Position numbers and translations under genes: made by a program. 64,000 nucleotides of DNA from Octopus sinensis. Taxonomy: Eukaryota. Each line of letters opens with the position of its first letter. The stretch's first letter is position 1. Positions 13,776-25,987 of the stretch are shown here, in pieces. The stretch lies in assembly GCF_006345805.1 (NCBI RefSeq), contig NC_043007.1, positions 6,758,001-6,822,000 of the forward strand. The letters run 5' to 3'. Below the pieces are notes generated by a model. The model searched no databases. It saw only the letters and a list, made by a program, of their open reading frames with translations, and was not told the origin of the DNA.

Positions 13776-14379
13776 ATCACAAAGTGAAACATCGACGGAA
13801 AAAAATTGAATACGATGAAATGATTAGTTCATGCCCCTATCATTGTTATTAATGTGTATCAATCTAGGTTGGTATTTTATGTTATTGTAAACAACTCATT
13901 ATGTCCTATGAGTTCTAAAGTAACCAGCATATTCGTTCAAATATAAATCACTTCAGGATCTTCAACCATAAAACTTCATTTTCACAGAGACAAAATGCTG
14001 TTATAGCTTAGCCATAACCAATATTCGAGAAACCAACTAGAATGCAGATGCCAATTGTCCTGTAAATCATATACGCATGTGGTAAATAAAAAGGCTTACA
14101 CACACACACGCACACGCACACACACACACACACACATACACACACATCCATACACACACAAACATACAAATCTATATAACGAAAATTCACTCGCCATCCG
14201 CGAATGTGTACGGAGTCGTAACATGTACCTTGTTTCGCTAATTGTTTTAGATTTTTCTGTATTCGAGAGCAGTTAAGGGCTTTCCCTCGATTCTCCAGAA
14301 CCTTGCCCCAGTGGCACGCGTAGAGCTACAGGGAGAGAGAGAGCCTCCCTACCACTTGGGGACTACTTTTTCTTTTGCT

Positions 14380-14631
14380 GAGTGGACGGATGCAATAGAC
14401 ATTCAAATGCGTTGTATATAATCTGCACAAGGATTAATTTAAGACATTAACCCCTTAAACATTAAGGGGTTAATTAATGACAGAATTAACCCCTTAAACA
14501 TTAAGAGTGGACGGATGCAATAGACATTCAAATGCGTTGTATATAATCTGCACAAGGATTAATTTAAGACATTAACCCCTTAAACATTAAGGGGTTAATT
14601 AATGACAGAATTAACCCCTTAAACATTAAGA
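14380..14631. repeat. perfect 125-bp tandem duplication with internal TTAACCCC...GGGGTTAA hairpins
   Basis: 14380-14504 is identical to 14505-14629. Confidence 0.95.
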
Positions 14632-15528
14632 CCCACACTTTCACTATTTCGGTATATATGTTTGCGTGTTTGTTTATATGTGTCTATGTGTGTTTTTTGT
14701 GTGTTAAAATGTAGGAAAGAGAATTTAATGATGATTACACTCCTTTCTGATTATACTATTACAAAACTTTTAGTTTGGTTATTTTTTATTCTTCCATATT
14801 TTAAATTCTCTTTAAAAAAAGTAAGATAAATATTAATTCATCTCAAAATGTATTTCTACCAAATTCCATATAAAAATATGTATGTTATAGAGAATTATGA
14901 GGAAAGTAATTTTGGAGAGTTGCAAATGAGAGAAAAGCAGTTCCCTAGAGACTACAAAGATATTTTGGAAATGTGCCTTTACTTATGTCATTGACAAATA
15001 TGAATTTATAAGTAAGTAATGACGAAAAAAACAAATCATAGAGGCACTTATCTATAAATATGCCGAAAATCATCGATTAAAAACAAGAATAATATCACAT
15101 ATTCAACTTAACGGAATACTTTTCTTCTCCATAAAATGTACAATATTTTTCAATGAAGAGAGTACAAGTGAAACCAATAGTAATTAGTGCGCTTAGAAGT
15201 ATCAACACTCAACTACCATCATGGCTAAAAAAGATTGGTGTAAGTGTGAAGATAGAACACATACAAAGATCAGCATTGCTTGGAACTGCAAGAATTCTTC
15301 GAGAGTTCTTGAAGATTGACTAGTAAACAAGCGTCACCTTATTTTGCTGGCTGTGGACAGTTGACACGTTCTATCATACCCAGCAAAATAAGCTGTGAGT
15401 TTTCATAATCATAAAAATAATAGTAATAATAATTATTATATCTATATCTACATATATACATATATATATATGTATACATACATGCATACATATATACGTA
15501 TATATATATATGTGTGTGTGTATGTGTG

Positions 15529-15571
<43 letters not shown>

Positions 15572-15586
15572 CTACATATATACACG

Positions 15587-15632
<46 letters not shown>

Positions 15633-15633
15633 G

Positions 15634-15709
<76 letters not shown>

Positions 15710-17199
15710 CGTATATATATATATAAGCATGTTTACGTGTGTGCATTTTCATGTACGGCTATTTCACGTTAAGACCAATAATCTATTGTACCTGACTCGC
15801 CATTCCATGCTGGAATCTGATTAGCGACTTGAGAAATTCTGTGCGAATGTAGTTTAATTTCCGTTCATCCGTCCATATATCCAACTCGGAATGTAAATCA
15901 GTGCTAACATGTATCTGACCGTTTCCTGCACGTCTAATTAATAGGGACCTAACAATATGAAGTTACATCCTTTCCGTTTAAATATTTATTACCGTCAGTG
16001 GCATGTGTAATGTCACTTCACAATTACGTATTCAAGACGCATTGGTCAACCGAAAGGCAGCGGTGAGCGGTATTGGACTATCGTTTTATTTATAATTGAT
16101 CTCAGTTGTAATGCTCGGTGGAGGTTGATTATTTTTCGCTTTCCTTTCATGAGCAGAGAAGAGAACTACAAATGCCTGTTGATATTGGCAAGGTTGGAAG
16201 TCATTGTTTGGAATTCGGATTTAACAAAATACTTGATAATTAAATTATTTCTTCGTCGTGGTTTTCTTTCACAACGGTATTGTTCCCAATATCTTCTGAA
16301 CGATTTGTCTTAGTTTGATTTGATCTGTCTTACATAACCCTTCTCTCTCCCTCTCTTTCTCTCTCTCTCTTTACGTATCTATCTATCTATTTATATGTAT
16401 ATATATATAGCTGTGTGTGCGAGTGAAAGAGAGAGAAAGAGAGAGAGAGGGGGTGAGTCAGATTATGTGTGTATGACGTGTCCAGTTAAATATCTCTACA
16501 TCCTGGAAGCGCTGTTGACTTTATAAGCCTGCGCTAAAATATATATCCGTTTAAGCTTTCATAGTTAACTCTCTTTCTAAATTATATACGGCATCAATAA
16601 CATGTTCTGTATATTATTTCCTTACCAAGGTAGAGCAATGTATGATTTTTAAAATGGTTATATTTACACGCAGTTAAATGTGATCATGCATAAATTACAC
16701 AATCGGACATTTTACTTGCTTTGTTGCATTTCAATTCAGTCGCGCCAAATACTTCACACAGTGTTAATTCAAACCCTACATCTATGAGTATAAGATCTCA
16801 TATCTGTTCATAGTAAGATTTGAGTGCAAGATTGCAAATCGATTATGAATTACATATTACATGTCAGTTATTACGTGTTTTTTAAGAGATGGCAAGACGT
16901 AACAGTTGAGGGTTATCTTCTACACTCACAACAGCTTAATTCAACTGATTTATTGACACTGAGCGTTGCATAGTATAAAGCATTCAATAATTTTCAGATG
17001 TATACGGTAACCGAATGAAGTGAAATTTATGTCCATAATTCCTTTGTAATTTTCTCTAGCGTATGAAAATATTTCCTTGCTGTTTGAAGTAAGTGACATC
17101 AACGAAAATTGTTAATATCAAGTTTTGTTACAATACTAGCAGAACAAAGTTGCATTCATAGAATGGAAGTGGACAAGCCTTTGGCCTGTTCTGGCTTGC

Positions 17200-17305
17200 C
17201 GAGAGCCAATGAGAAATATGAACGAGGCTGAACAGACCCCGCATCTAAGTAACAGCAATGCTGAGCCAATAGCGCGTGGCCATGCCCAGCTTCTTTGTCA
17301 TTCTG
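17200..17305 (+). promoter_or_regulatory. promoter-like element with two CCAAT boxes and an Inr-like TCATTC
   Basis: AGCCAATGAG (CCAAT 17206-17210) and AGCCAATAGC (17266-17270), plus TCATTC at 17298-17303, in a GC-richer non-repeat patch. Confidence 0.3.
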
Positions 17306-19377
17306 CAACTGACTGATTTATTGCTTGTATTTCAAAACTTTGCAATATTCTTTAATGTAAAACATAAATTAATATGTTTCTAGATGTAATTTTTAATTTT
17401 GTTCACATTACATTGATTCAAGAGTCCTTTCACAAAATAAATTCCATCGAAATTATGCAGGGGTTGCAAAATGAGGTATACAGATATGAAAACAGAAAAC
17501 ATGTACAATACTTATTTATTTTTATCAAAAGAAATTTAGAATTTACGATAAAATTATTATTATATTTATTATAAATGTATTATTATGTTTAATGATACTA
17601 AGAATAAGGCTAACTTTTAATTTTTTTTTTCTACGAGTTTTCTGTTTTTCCATAACTGCATACTATTTTTGCACGCCACTGTATTAAACACCGTATGGCA
17701 TTTTCTATTTTGCAAATGAAAAATACAAAAGGTTGAAATGAGTGTAAGAACTTTTTGTCAACAGTCTACACAACACTCTATAAAGAAATCACGTAGAAAA
17801 ATATGACAAATTCCTGAGGATTGGTTCTGCTTTGATATCTTCCACGTATTGCTTTCTGCAGTTGTATTACTGTTTCATATCGATGTCTAAGTCAGATTAA
17901 GCAGTGAAAATCAAATGAGATCGCTTACGTTGACACTGCCTCACTTCTGAGCGGTTTCCACGTTATCTTTATGCTAAAAGAAGTCTTTCTACAATGGAAT
18001 CATAAAAGTCTCGTAAACTTTTTAAATTGACGAATTAATTTCGTGGAGAAGAAGGAACTATTAAACAGAACCTTATTGCATGGATTTTATATAGATTTTT
18101 CTGAAAATATTTGATTACAGAGAGATTATTTCCGCATGCAGGACTCCCATCGATAATATTTGTAGCGTGTGTGTTAAACAACAACTTTTAAAATTCTAAG
18201 TTGAACCTACAGCCCAACGTCAATAGCATTTACTGTCTGTATATCTTATTTCGTAAAATGTTCCAAGCGCCGCCATTCTGTATTCGGTTTGAGCCTGTTC
18301 TTAAGAACTGCTCGTCACATTTGATGCCCCTACTTTTGTAAGTGAACCAGATGTATTTCTTCAGTTTAAAATACATCAAGAGCTCCTGATTGAATATAAT
18401 GCAAAGTAAAATAAAACAAATATACGAAGAAATGTGTCCAAATCCTCCAATAATTCTCGAAGGAAAAACGATGAATGTGAGAAAGCTGTTCATTTGTAAC
18501 GAAATTCATCTCGGTAAAAGGGAAAGGGGGGGGCGTAAAATCAGTTTTTTCTTAGAAATGGATTACAAAGCTCAGTATTTTCATTAGAACGTAACACTTG
18601 CGTTATCTTCAAGATTAGAGGTGGCAATTCTCTGCCATATATTCATTCCATTAAGTTAATGATGTTGATATTCGGCAGCTTCAATTAGATTTTCCGATGT
18701 ATATACGTTAACATTTTTCAATCTCTGTCATCAGCAAAAAGAAGGAGAAAAATATTTTTCGCATTTCTAAAAGAATATAACCTTACATTTCTGAAGTATT
18801 TCTCGAATTGTATAGGAAAATTAAATTGATGGAATGAACTGGAAAACTAAATTACCATATACGAAATGAAACATTTCACACAAACACATAAGTTTTGTGA
18901 GATGAAATCACACGCGAACACGCGCACACTGACACAGACACACACGCACACACACGCACAAACACACACACGCACAAACACAGGCACACACCTACAAACA
19001 CACACACACTCCCACACCCACACACACATATATGACACCCACTGGAGTGCATAATATGTACGTATGCACACAAATAGCTGGATATTAGAAATCTTGATAC
19101 GCAAACAGGAGTATATACGTATATGTATATATATATATATATACATATAATATAAAATTATAATTATGGGTATCAAAGTGATACAACCATGCTAGATATA
19201 GCAGCCAAAACCTGACTCTAAAGCCACTTTAAATGTTCATACAGCACCAGAAGAGTCGACAAAGAGACAAATTAAAATAACAAAAAATTACTGAATAATT
19301 CCAGGTCCTGGATTTCTGGCTCTGCATAAGAAATGCTTTGCTTTCATCAGTGGAATATACGCAAATAGTACATAAAT

Positions 19378-19418
<41 letters not shown>

Positions 19419-19681
19419 ACATACGTTTACTTACATATATGCACGTGTACATACATATATATGCATGTATGTACACGACCAGTTTAAATTGCCCGCCTAA
19501 ACTCCTCGTGTGATATGGTCAACATACCACCGCAGTGAATATAATGACGACGTACATATATAAATGTACATAAATATGGATAACATCGTTATTTAAAATA
19601 CCGGTCATATCAGGTGGCCAGCATGGGAATAAAAACCTTCAAAGGTAATAATTATTATTAGAACTATAAATAATGGGTTCT

Positions 19682-19780
19682 AAGAGATACCACCATGCTA
19701 GATATAGCAGCCAGAAATTTAATGAGGTTTTAGAGTCAAGTTTCGGCTACTATATCTAGCATGGTGGTATCTCTTAGTCA
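19682..19780. repeat. 33-bp inverted repeat (fold-back hairpin); third copy of the motif at about 19180-19225
   Basis: CTAAGAGATACCACCATGCTAGATATAGCAGCC pairs with GGCTACTATATCTAGCATGGTGGTATCTCTTAG with one mismatch. Confidence 0.9.
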
Positions 19781-19856
19781 CCCTTAATGATAATTTTAAA
19801 AATAATTATGACCTGTGAATTTTTTATTCATATGCTAGCCACCTGAAAGATTCGGA

Positions 19857-19905
<49 letters not shown>

Positions 19906-20387
19906 ATATATTCCTCTCTCTTCTCTTCACACGTGACTGACTGACTGACCGACTGCTGGCCTTTCGGGTCTACCAGCCGTCGTGGTAACACCAACATTTT
20001 TTTCTCTGCTCCAAGGCACATTCCTAACACGCCAGCTGAGCTTAATTCGTCCTAGTCCAAAGACGCCTGTTCGTGATGTCCTGTTATTGTTATTAATATT
20101 ATTATTATTGTTTTTACATATTATTTTTGCATTCATATTCGTGTAACATCGTCCGTTTTTCTGTCCTTGTTTTGTATACATTCGAAGCTTTCTTCCAAGT
20201 AATCTAATGCGCTTAGTTTTTCCTTGGGGCTGGCCAGATTAGAGCAATCTCAAAATTAATCAGCTGAAATTGCGAGGACGATCCGGTTCTTGATTGAAGA
20301 GTGAAGGCTTCGAATGTCCCGTCCGTGTTTTTTGTATCGTCATCAAAATGTTTTGCGTTCTTGTCCCAGTTTGTATTTTTTTATACA

Positions 20388-20388
<1 letters not shown>

Positions 20389-20423
<35 letters not shown>

Positions 20424-20592
20424 TGTATGTATGTATGTATGTACGTATGTATGTATGTATGTATGTATGTATGCGTATGTATGTATGTATGTATGTATGT
20501 ATGTATGTATGTATGTACGTATGTATGTATGTATGTGTATGTATGTATGTATGTATGTATGTATGTATATATGTATGTATGTATGTATGTAT
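20389..20592. repeat. (TATG)n tetranucleotide microsatellite
   Basis: Seen directly; source of the MYVC/HTYI ORFs. Confidence 0.95.
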
Positions 20593-21126
20593 ATCGTCAG
20601 TAGATCAGATATCCGTCGAAAAAGAAGCACACTCTGAAAGTTGGAGCAATAATGTATTAAAACATGAAGTTTTCATATATGTCCGCTCATAGATTGACCA
20701 ATGGTTTCGCATCCATTAAGTGGTAGATGACACGTCAGGCTCGGTGGAGGTTATATGCTCGGGGCCATTGGTTTTAAATGTTACTAAAATTAGTTGTGGC
20801 TATTTCATGGAACGCTACGTAAATAATTACACTACACCAAGCACTCATTTAAATATATATATGATTTATTGTCATCTATTGCGTTTTTGTTCATTTTCTT
20901 ATATTTATATATCCTTATAGTGGCGTACGTACACACCTGTCCTCACCTTATAGTAAATATGTACCTAAATTTTGTACGATTCTTTTACTGTCTTTTAGTT
21001 CCCCTCATACTTATTTTCGTTTAAATGTGAACTTTTATACTCCTTTTTCTTCTTTTCTGTATTCCTTTTGTCTAGTCCTCTATGTAACCGATTACGTACT
21101 CTATACTCTTCACATTTTCCCTATTT

Positions 21127-21182
21127 GTCCCCGATGACGGAATATCCCATATGTTGAGATAAACCAGAAACAGCTGTAAGAC
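21127..21182 (+). ncRNA. degenerate type I hammerhead ribozyme (PLE pLTR remnant)
   Basis: gtcc-CCGATGA-(stem II region)-GAAAC-AGCT-GTA-agac. Palindromic stem III ACAGCTGT; U4>C core mutation and a mismatch in stem I. Confidence 0.55.
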
Positions 21183-22295
21183 TTTAAAATTTCTTATGGA
21201 TGTATACTTGAATTTTCTTTAATACTATGTGTGTCTTCTTTACAACGGTGCACTAATTGTTATTAAACAACCTATAGAAATGGCGACCAGACCAATATAT
21301 TTTTCCTTCAGCTTTTCTTTTCGAAATTTGTTGAAGAACTATAAGAAAAGAAAAAATGTCACCAATAAAATCTTGTTACTTCTTAAAATGATATATATTT
21401 ATAATGTAGGGCAATTTTCGATATCTTTTTTATTCGGTTCTATGAAAAATCATCTTACGATATCTATGTTACATTTCACCACTCAAAATACGATATTCTA
21501 TTTGCATTTTATATTTTCTTCGACTGCTTTTTTTTTCTATTCAATTTACAGCTGTAGATGACATTGTAAATTAGGCGCTATATCCGGAATGATTGTATTT
21601 TTCAAACGAGTTTCAACTTATGGCAGTCAGGAAAAAAATATGTGAGAGAAAGTTTTTGTGTGACTTTAAATTACATATGTGCACACACATACTTATGTCT
21701 AGATTTCTTTTGTTCAGCAGTATGTGATAGTGTGTAATGATAGATAGCTATATATGTATATATATATATATATTTATGTGTGTGTGTACACACATATATA
21801 TATACATATATATATATATGTGTGTTTGTGTGTGTGTGTAGGGTGTGTGTTTGTGAACGTGTGTGAAGTTATATATAACTATATGTTTGTATGTTTTTAT
21901 ATATGTATATGAAAATTATATTTTTTGTGAATAATATTAGCGTTTTAGATAAAAGTTCACTATTATTTATGCAGTTTTGTAATAGTAATTCATTGGATCT
22001 TTTGACAATGAATATGTGCGACTATCTGTATTGTTGACGACGAACACAGCCATGCACTTCCATACGAATAATGAGCATACATCTGTATACACACACGAAA
22101 GCGCGCACATACGCACACGCATTCACAAGCGTGTATACGTGTTTGCGTATGTGTGAGAAAGAAAGAATTTAATACCCAACACGCATGCATGGGTAAAGCC
22201 AAAGTCACAGAATACGGTAAACCCCAATAAGTGATGTAGAGTAAAACAAATGCAACACACGTCGCATTTGTTTTAAATTTTTGACTCAGACTAAT

Positions 22296-23437
22296 TACGT
22301 GGGTTCACAGAAAAAAATTCTTAGGCAGACTAGAGTAACGCTAGAACTGTGAACTTCTGCATGCATTCATTTAAATTAAATAAATGAATTTAAATATATA
22401 AACTAAGTAGTAGCGACTTGTCTTGAAGTAGACAACATTTGATATCGTAATGTTTCCATCTGAAAAAAAACCCGGTTTAGCTCCCGAGGATGTTCATACT
22501 GACATACTTGCCACATTATGATCTGTGAAAAAGTACGCGGCTGAATTTTGAAGGGGAAGGGAAAGTTTTGATGTTGACCCAAGTACTGGATGTTCTTCAA
22601 CTGCCCCAAGCGAGGAAAACATTAATCGTTCTCACCACATGGTAACGGATGAGAGATGATTGACTCTAAATCAAACAGTTAATGCTATTAGCATATCTCG
22701 TGTGAAAGTTGAGAATACTCTGCACAACAAACTTGATAAGACAAAGGTTTCTACTTGACGGACTCCATATCTTCTGACGCAAAAAACGCTCTAGGCTGAT
22801 CACTTCACGGGAAAATATAACATTTTTAAGGCAGATCCAACTAATTTACTTGAACGTTTCCTAATTCAAGAAGTTTGTTAGCCTCATATCTTTTAAGTCA
22901 GAGACAAAGAAACAATCCAGGCAGTGGAAACAGACCCTTCCACCAACTACTCCAAAGAAATCCAAGGCCACTTCATTTGCAGATGTGATCACCGCAATCG
23001 TTTTGTTTATTGACTATATTCAAAACAGCCACACCACCAACAAGGAGCACTATGCCAAATTACTGAATGATTTACGAAATGATAAAATCAAATGCGGAGG
23101 AAAACTGAGGGAAATTGTTATATTGCATCAGGACAACACACCTGTATGAAGTCCTTTGCTTCAATGACTACTGTGCGTCTTTGTAGCTTTGAACTGGTCG
23201 ATCACCCACCCTGTTCTCTTGAATTGGCCCCATCTGACTATTATCTGTTTCCCAACGTGTAAGTATCACAATGGTGATGGCATCATATCTGCTATTGACG
23301 TGAACTTTTGACCAATGAGATCTGAGTGCTGCAACACCGATGAAAGAATGCGTGTGGAACTCAAGGGGGACTGTGTTAAAAGTAAATATCCTCTGATCAT
23401 ATTCGATGAGAGAGTTTTTGGTCAGCCAACCCTCGTA
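22296..23437 (+). mobile_element. mariner DNA transposon, both ends present, inactivated
   Basis: Starts TACGTGGG and ends CCCTCGTA. Remnants of QDNTP and DHPPCSLELAPSDYYLFPNV (YSPDLAPSDY motif); same family as 12555-13775. Confidence 0.9.
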
Positions 23438-23691
23438 CACTAGCATTTTCTTCAATTTATTAATTAAATACCGAAACTTCATAACTATGCTTGTAGTCAA
23501 TTAGTACGCATCAAATAATGTTCATGATATACATATATACATACATATAGAGTGCTCTGTAGCTATTAGACTTCATGCCGACTTCAACAGAGTAGCTAAT
23601 TATTTTATCGGGGATTTGTTAATTAATGCAGATAGCATTGAATCGACCATAATAAGGCTGTTCCTCATTATTTGTACAGTACATGCATGTT

Positions 23692-23771
<80 letters not shown>

Positions 23772-23968
23772 AGTAATTGAATGAATTATCTTATTAAGGA
23801 TAATTCAAAGCTAACCGATAACTGGGTAGCAAATTCACATCAGAAAGAACACGGTTGAAGCTACGTCCCTAGGGCATAGACTACGTGTCTTCGTGCGGAA
23901 ATTTGTATGTTTATTTTAAAATTATAAGTATATGAAAGAATGGAGTTGAACGACTAGTTAACAAATAT

Positions 23969-24063
23969 CCTTTATTCTCGACATATGTTTCGAAGGCTGC
24001 ATATTCCTAATTCCGAAGGAATAAGGAGTACATTATGCAGATTTCTCATCAGGAAAATCAAGG
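23969..24063 (-). ncRNA. type I hammerhead ribozyme
   Basis: Minus strand: CCTTGATTTTC-CTGATGA-stem II (CTGCATA/TATGCAG)-GAAA-CATATGTC|GAGAATAAAGG. Core intact; predicted cleavage between 23980 and 23979. Confidence 0.85.
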
Positions 24064-24594
24064 AACATCAAAATGCACAAAAAACTTTTAGCTGACCGCT
24101 CTCAAGGAGCCCATGGCGATAATGAGTGTCTCTTTATAATAAGTGACGTCAGAGTGGCTGAATGTAGAAGAATCTAGAAGTTTCTAAAGGTTCAAGAGTT
24201 CAAACGAAGTAGGAGGAGGGAGGCATAAGAATAGTAAGGTGAGAGAGTACAGGTCAAAAGAATGGTGGGTTTAAATGATTTCTTTTGTGAATGAGTGCCT
24301 GTGTGTGTGACTGTATATAACTGTCTTAATGTGTGTATGTGTGTGTCTGAATGCGTGATTGTGTTTGTGGATGGGTAGATGTCAGAAAACTGACAGCTGT
24401 GAGGTGAAAGATCTGTGTCTGTGTGTTCGATTATGTTTACTGTAGAGAAAGGAAGGGAGAAAGAATCGGGAGAGGTGAGAGGCAACGCAACAATGGATAG
24501 TAGTAATTGGGAATATAAGAAAATCTTTTTGACTATTGGGGTGAAATATAGGAAAGATTTTTTGGGGAAATAGAGGGGTTATCTATATTAGTCA

Positions 24595-24993
24595 CTATTT
24601 ATATGAGTGAAAGGTGTGTCTTTTCCAGTGTAAACACCTGTAGGATCTTTCGACGATTGTGTTTATTAAAAGGCATTTGGCGAACAAAATATGAAAAAGT
24701 TCGGAATTACAGATGCCACAAAATTTTCTGCCTTTATCAAACGGGAAGGACACCGACAAAATGGACCATTCGAGCTTGAACGTAGTGTTATTGTTCTTCA
24801 GACGCCAGACTAATTTGCTTAGGCATGTGCTGTGTTGCTTTCTCTTATCTCTGAAAGTGGAATAATGGTTGGAGATCCTTTGGGATAATTTAGAAGAGGT
24901 TGCGCCAATATAGAAGTAGACATCGGTTCCAGAAGTGATTTTGTATTGGTAAGTGGTGTTTCTAATTTTGGAATTTTGGGATAAGAACTTTAA
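24595..24993 (-). pseudogene. GIY-YIG endonuclease domain of a Penelope-like element (132-codon stop-free frame, no ATG)
   Basis: ...TTYQYKITSGTDVYFYIGATSSKLSQRISNHYSTF...TCLSKLVWRLK...EWSIL...FCGICNSE...LIN...ERSYRCLHWKRH...*. This matches the PLE endonuclease signature (YIGxT, RxxNH, LSxxxWxLK, CxxC, CxH); an in-frame TGA lies immediately upstream. Confidence 0.85.
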
Positions 24994-25676
24994 TCAGTTG
25001 GGGTTGGTTTCTGATTTTTTTTTTCTGAGTTTTTATTTTTGTGATAGGTGTAAAAATTGTTGCTGGCTTTGGCCACGATACTATTCATCTTATTATCATT
25101 ACTATTAGTCGTAATATCGTCGGCAAATTCCCTGGCTATAGGAATGCTGCGATTGTTATCATCAATAATATAACTGTTATTAAGAATGCTGGTATTCTTA
25201 TATTCCCAATTACTTCTATCCATTCTTGCGTTGCCTCTCACCTCGCCCGATTCTTTCTCCCTTTCGCTATCTACTTTCCTTTCTCTACAGTAAACATAAT
25301 CGAACACACAGACACAGATCTTTCCCCTCACAGCTGTCAGTTTTCTGAAATCTACCCATCCACAAACACAATCACACATTCAGACACACACATACACACA
25401 TTAAGACAGTTATATACAGTCACACACACAGGCACTCATTCACAAAAGAAATCATTTAAACCCACCATTCTTTTGACCTGCACTCTCTCACCTTACTATT
25501 CTTATGCCTCCCTCCTCCTACTTCGTTTGAACTCTTGAACCTTTAGAAACTTCTAGATTCTTCTACATTCAGCCACTCTGATGTCACTCATTATAAAGAG
25601 ACACTCATTATCGCCATGGGCTCCTTGAGAGCGGTCAGGTAAAAGTTTTTTGTGCATTTTGATGTCGACATACGTT

Positions 25677-25771
25677 CCTTGATTTTCCTGATGAGAAATC
25701 TGCATAATGTACTCCTTATTCCTTCGGAATTAGGAATATGCAGCCTTCGAAACATATGTCGAGAATAAAGG
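25677..25771 (+). ncRNA. type I hammerhead ribozyme
   Basis: Stem I 25677-25687 pairs with 25761-25771 (10 of 11 pairs including one G.U). CTGATGA 25688-25694; GAAA 25749-25752; palindromic ACATATGT; GUC cleavage triplet ending at 25760. Confidence 0.85.
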
Positions 25772-25810
25772 ATATTGTTAACTAGTCGTTCAACTCCATT
25801 CTTTCATATA

Positions 25811-25861
<51 letters not shown>

Positions 25862-25987
25862 GCTTCGATTGGAGGCTGTGTTAAACCAATGAAGGGAAAT
25901 TTTCATTCAAGGAAACGCTGGGTTAATATCTAATATTTTTGAGGAATTAATTTCCTTAAAATAATAGCTATATATATATATAAACAT

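Larger units (their letters stand above)
23923..25816 (-). mobile_element. Penelope-like element, 5'-truncated, with direct and inverted pseudo-LTRs
   Basis: Arms 23923-24521 and 25195-25816 are near-identical reverse complements; ORFs 24192-24485(-) and 25041-25538(+) share the same peptide. The spacer encodes a GIY-YIG domain and each arm carries an HHR. Confidence 0.9.

Noticed and set aside
14380-14631. CRISPR-like or telomeric (TTAACCCC) array interpretation
   Set aside because: There are no unique spacers or cas genes, and the motif is not tandem; it is explained by the 125-bp duplication and a palindrome.
20285-20330. TTGAAGA...GAAT..GTC possible degenerate HHR
   Set aside because: Both core halves are mutated and there is no stem I; cannot be supported without a consensus.
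20695-20750. Minus-strand CTGACGT...GAAACCATTGGTC HHR-like motif
   Set aside because: A9 is altered and no stem I partner exists.
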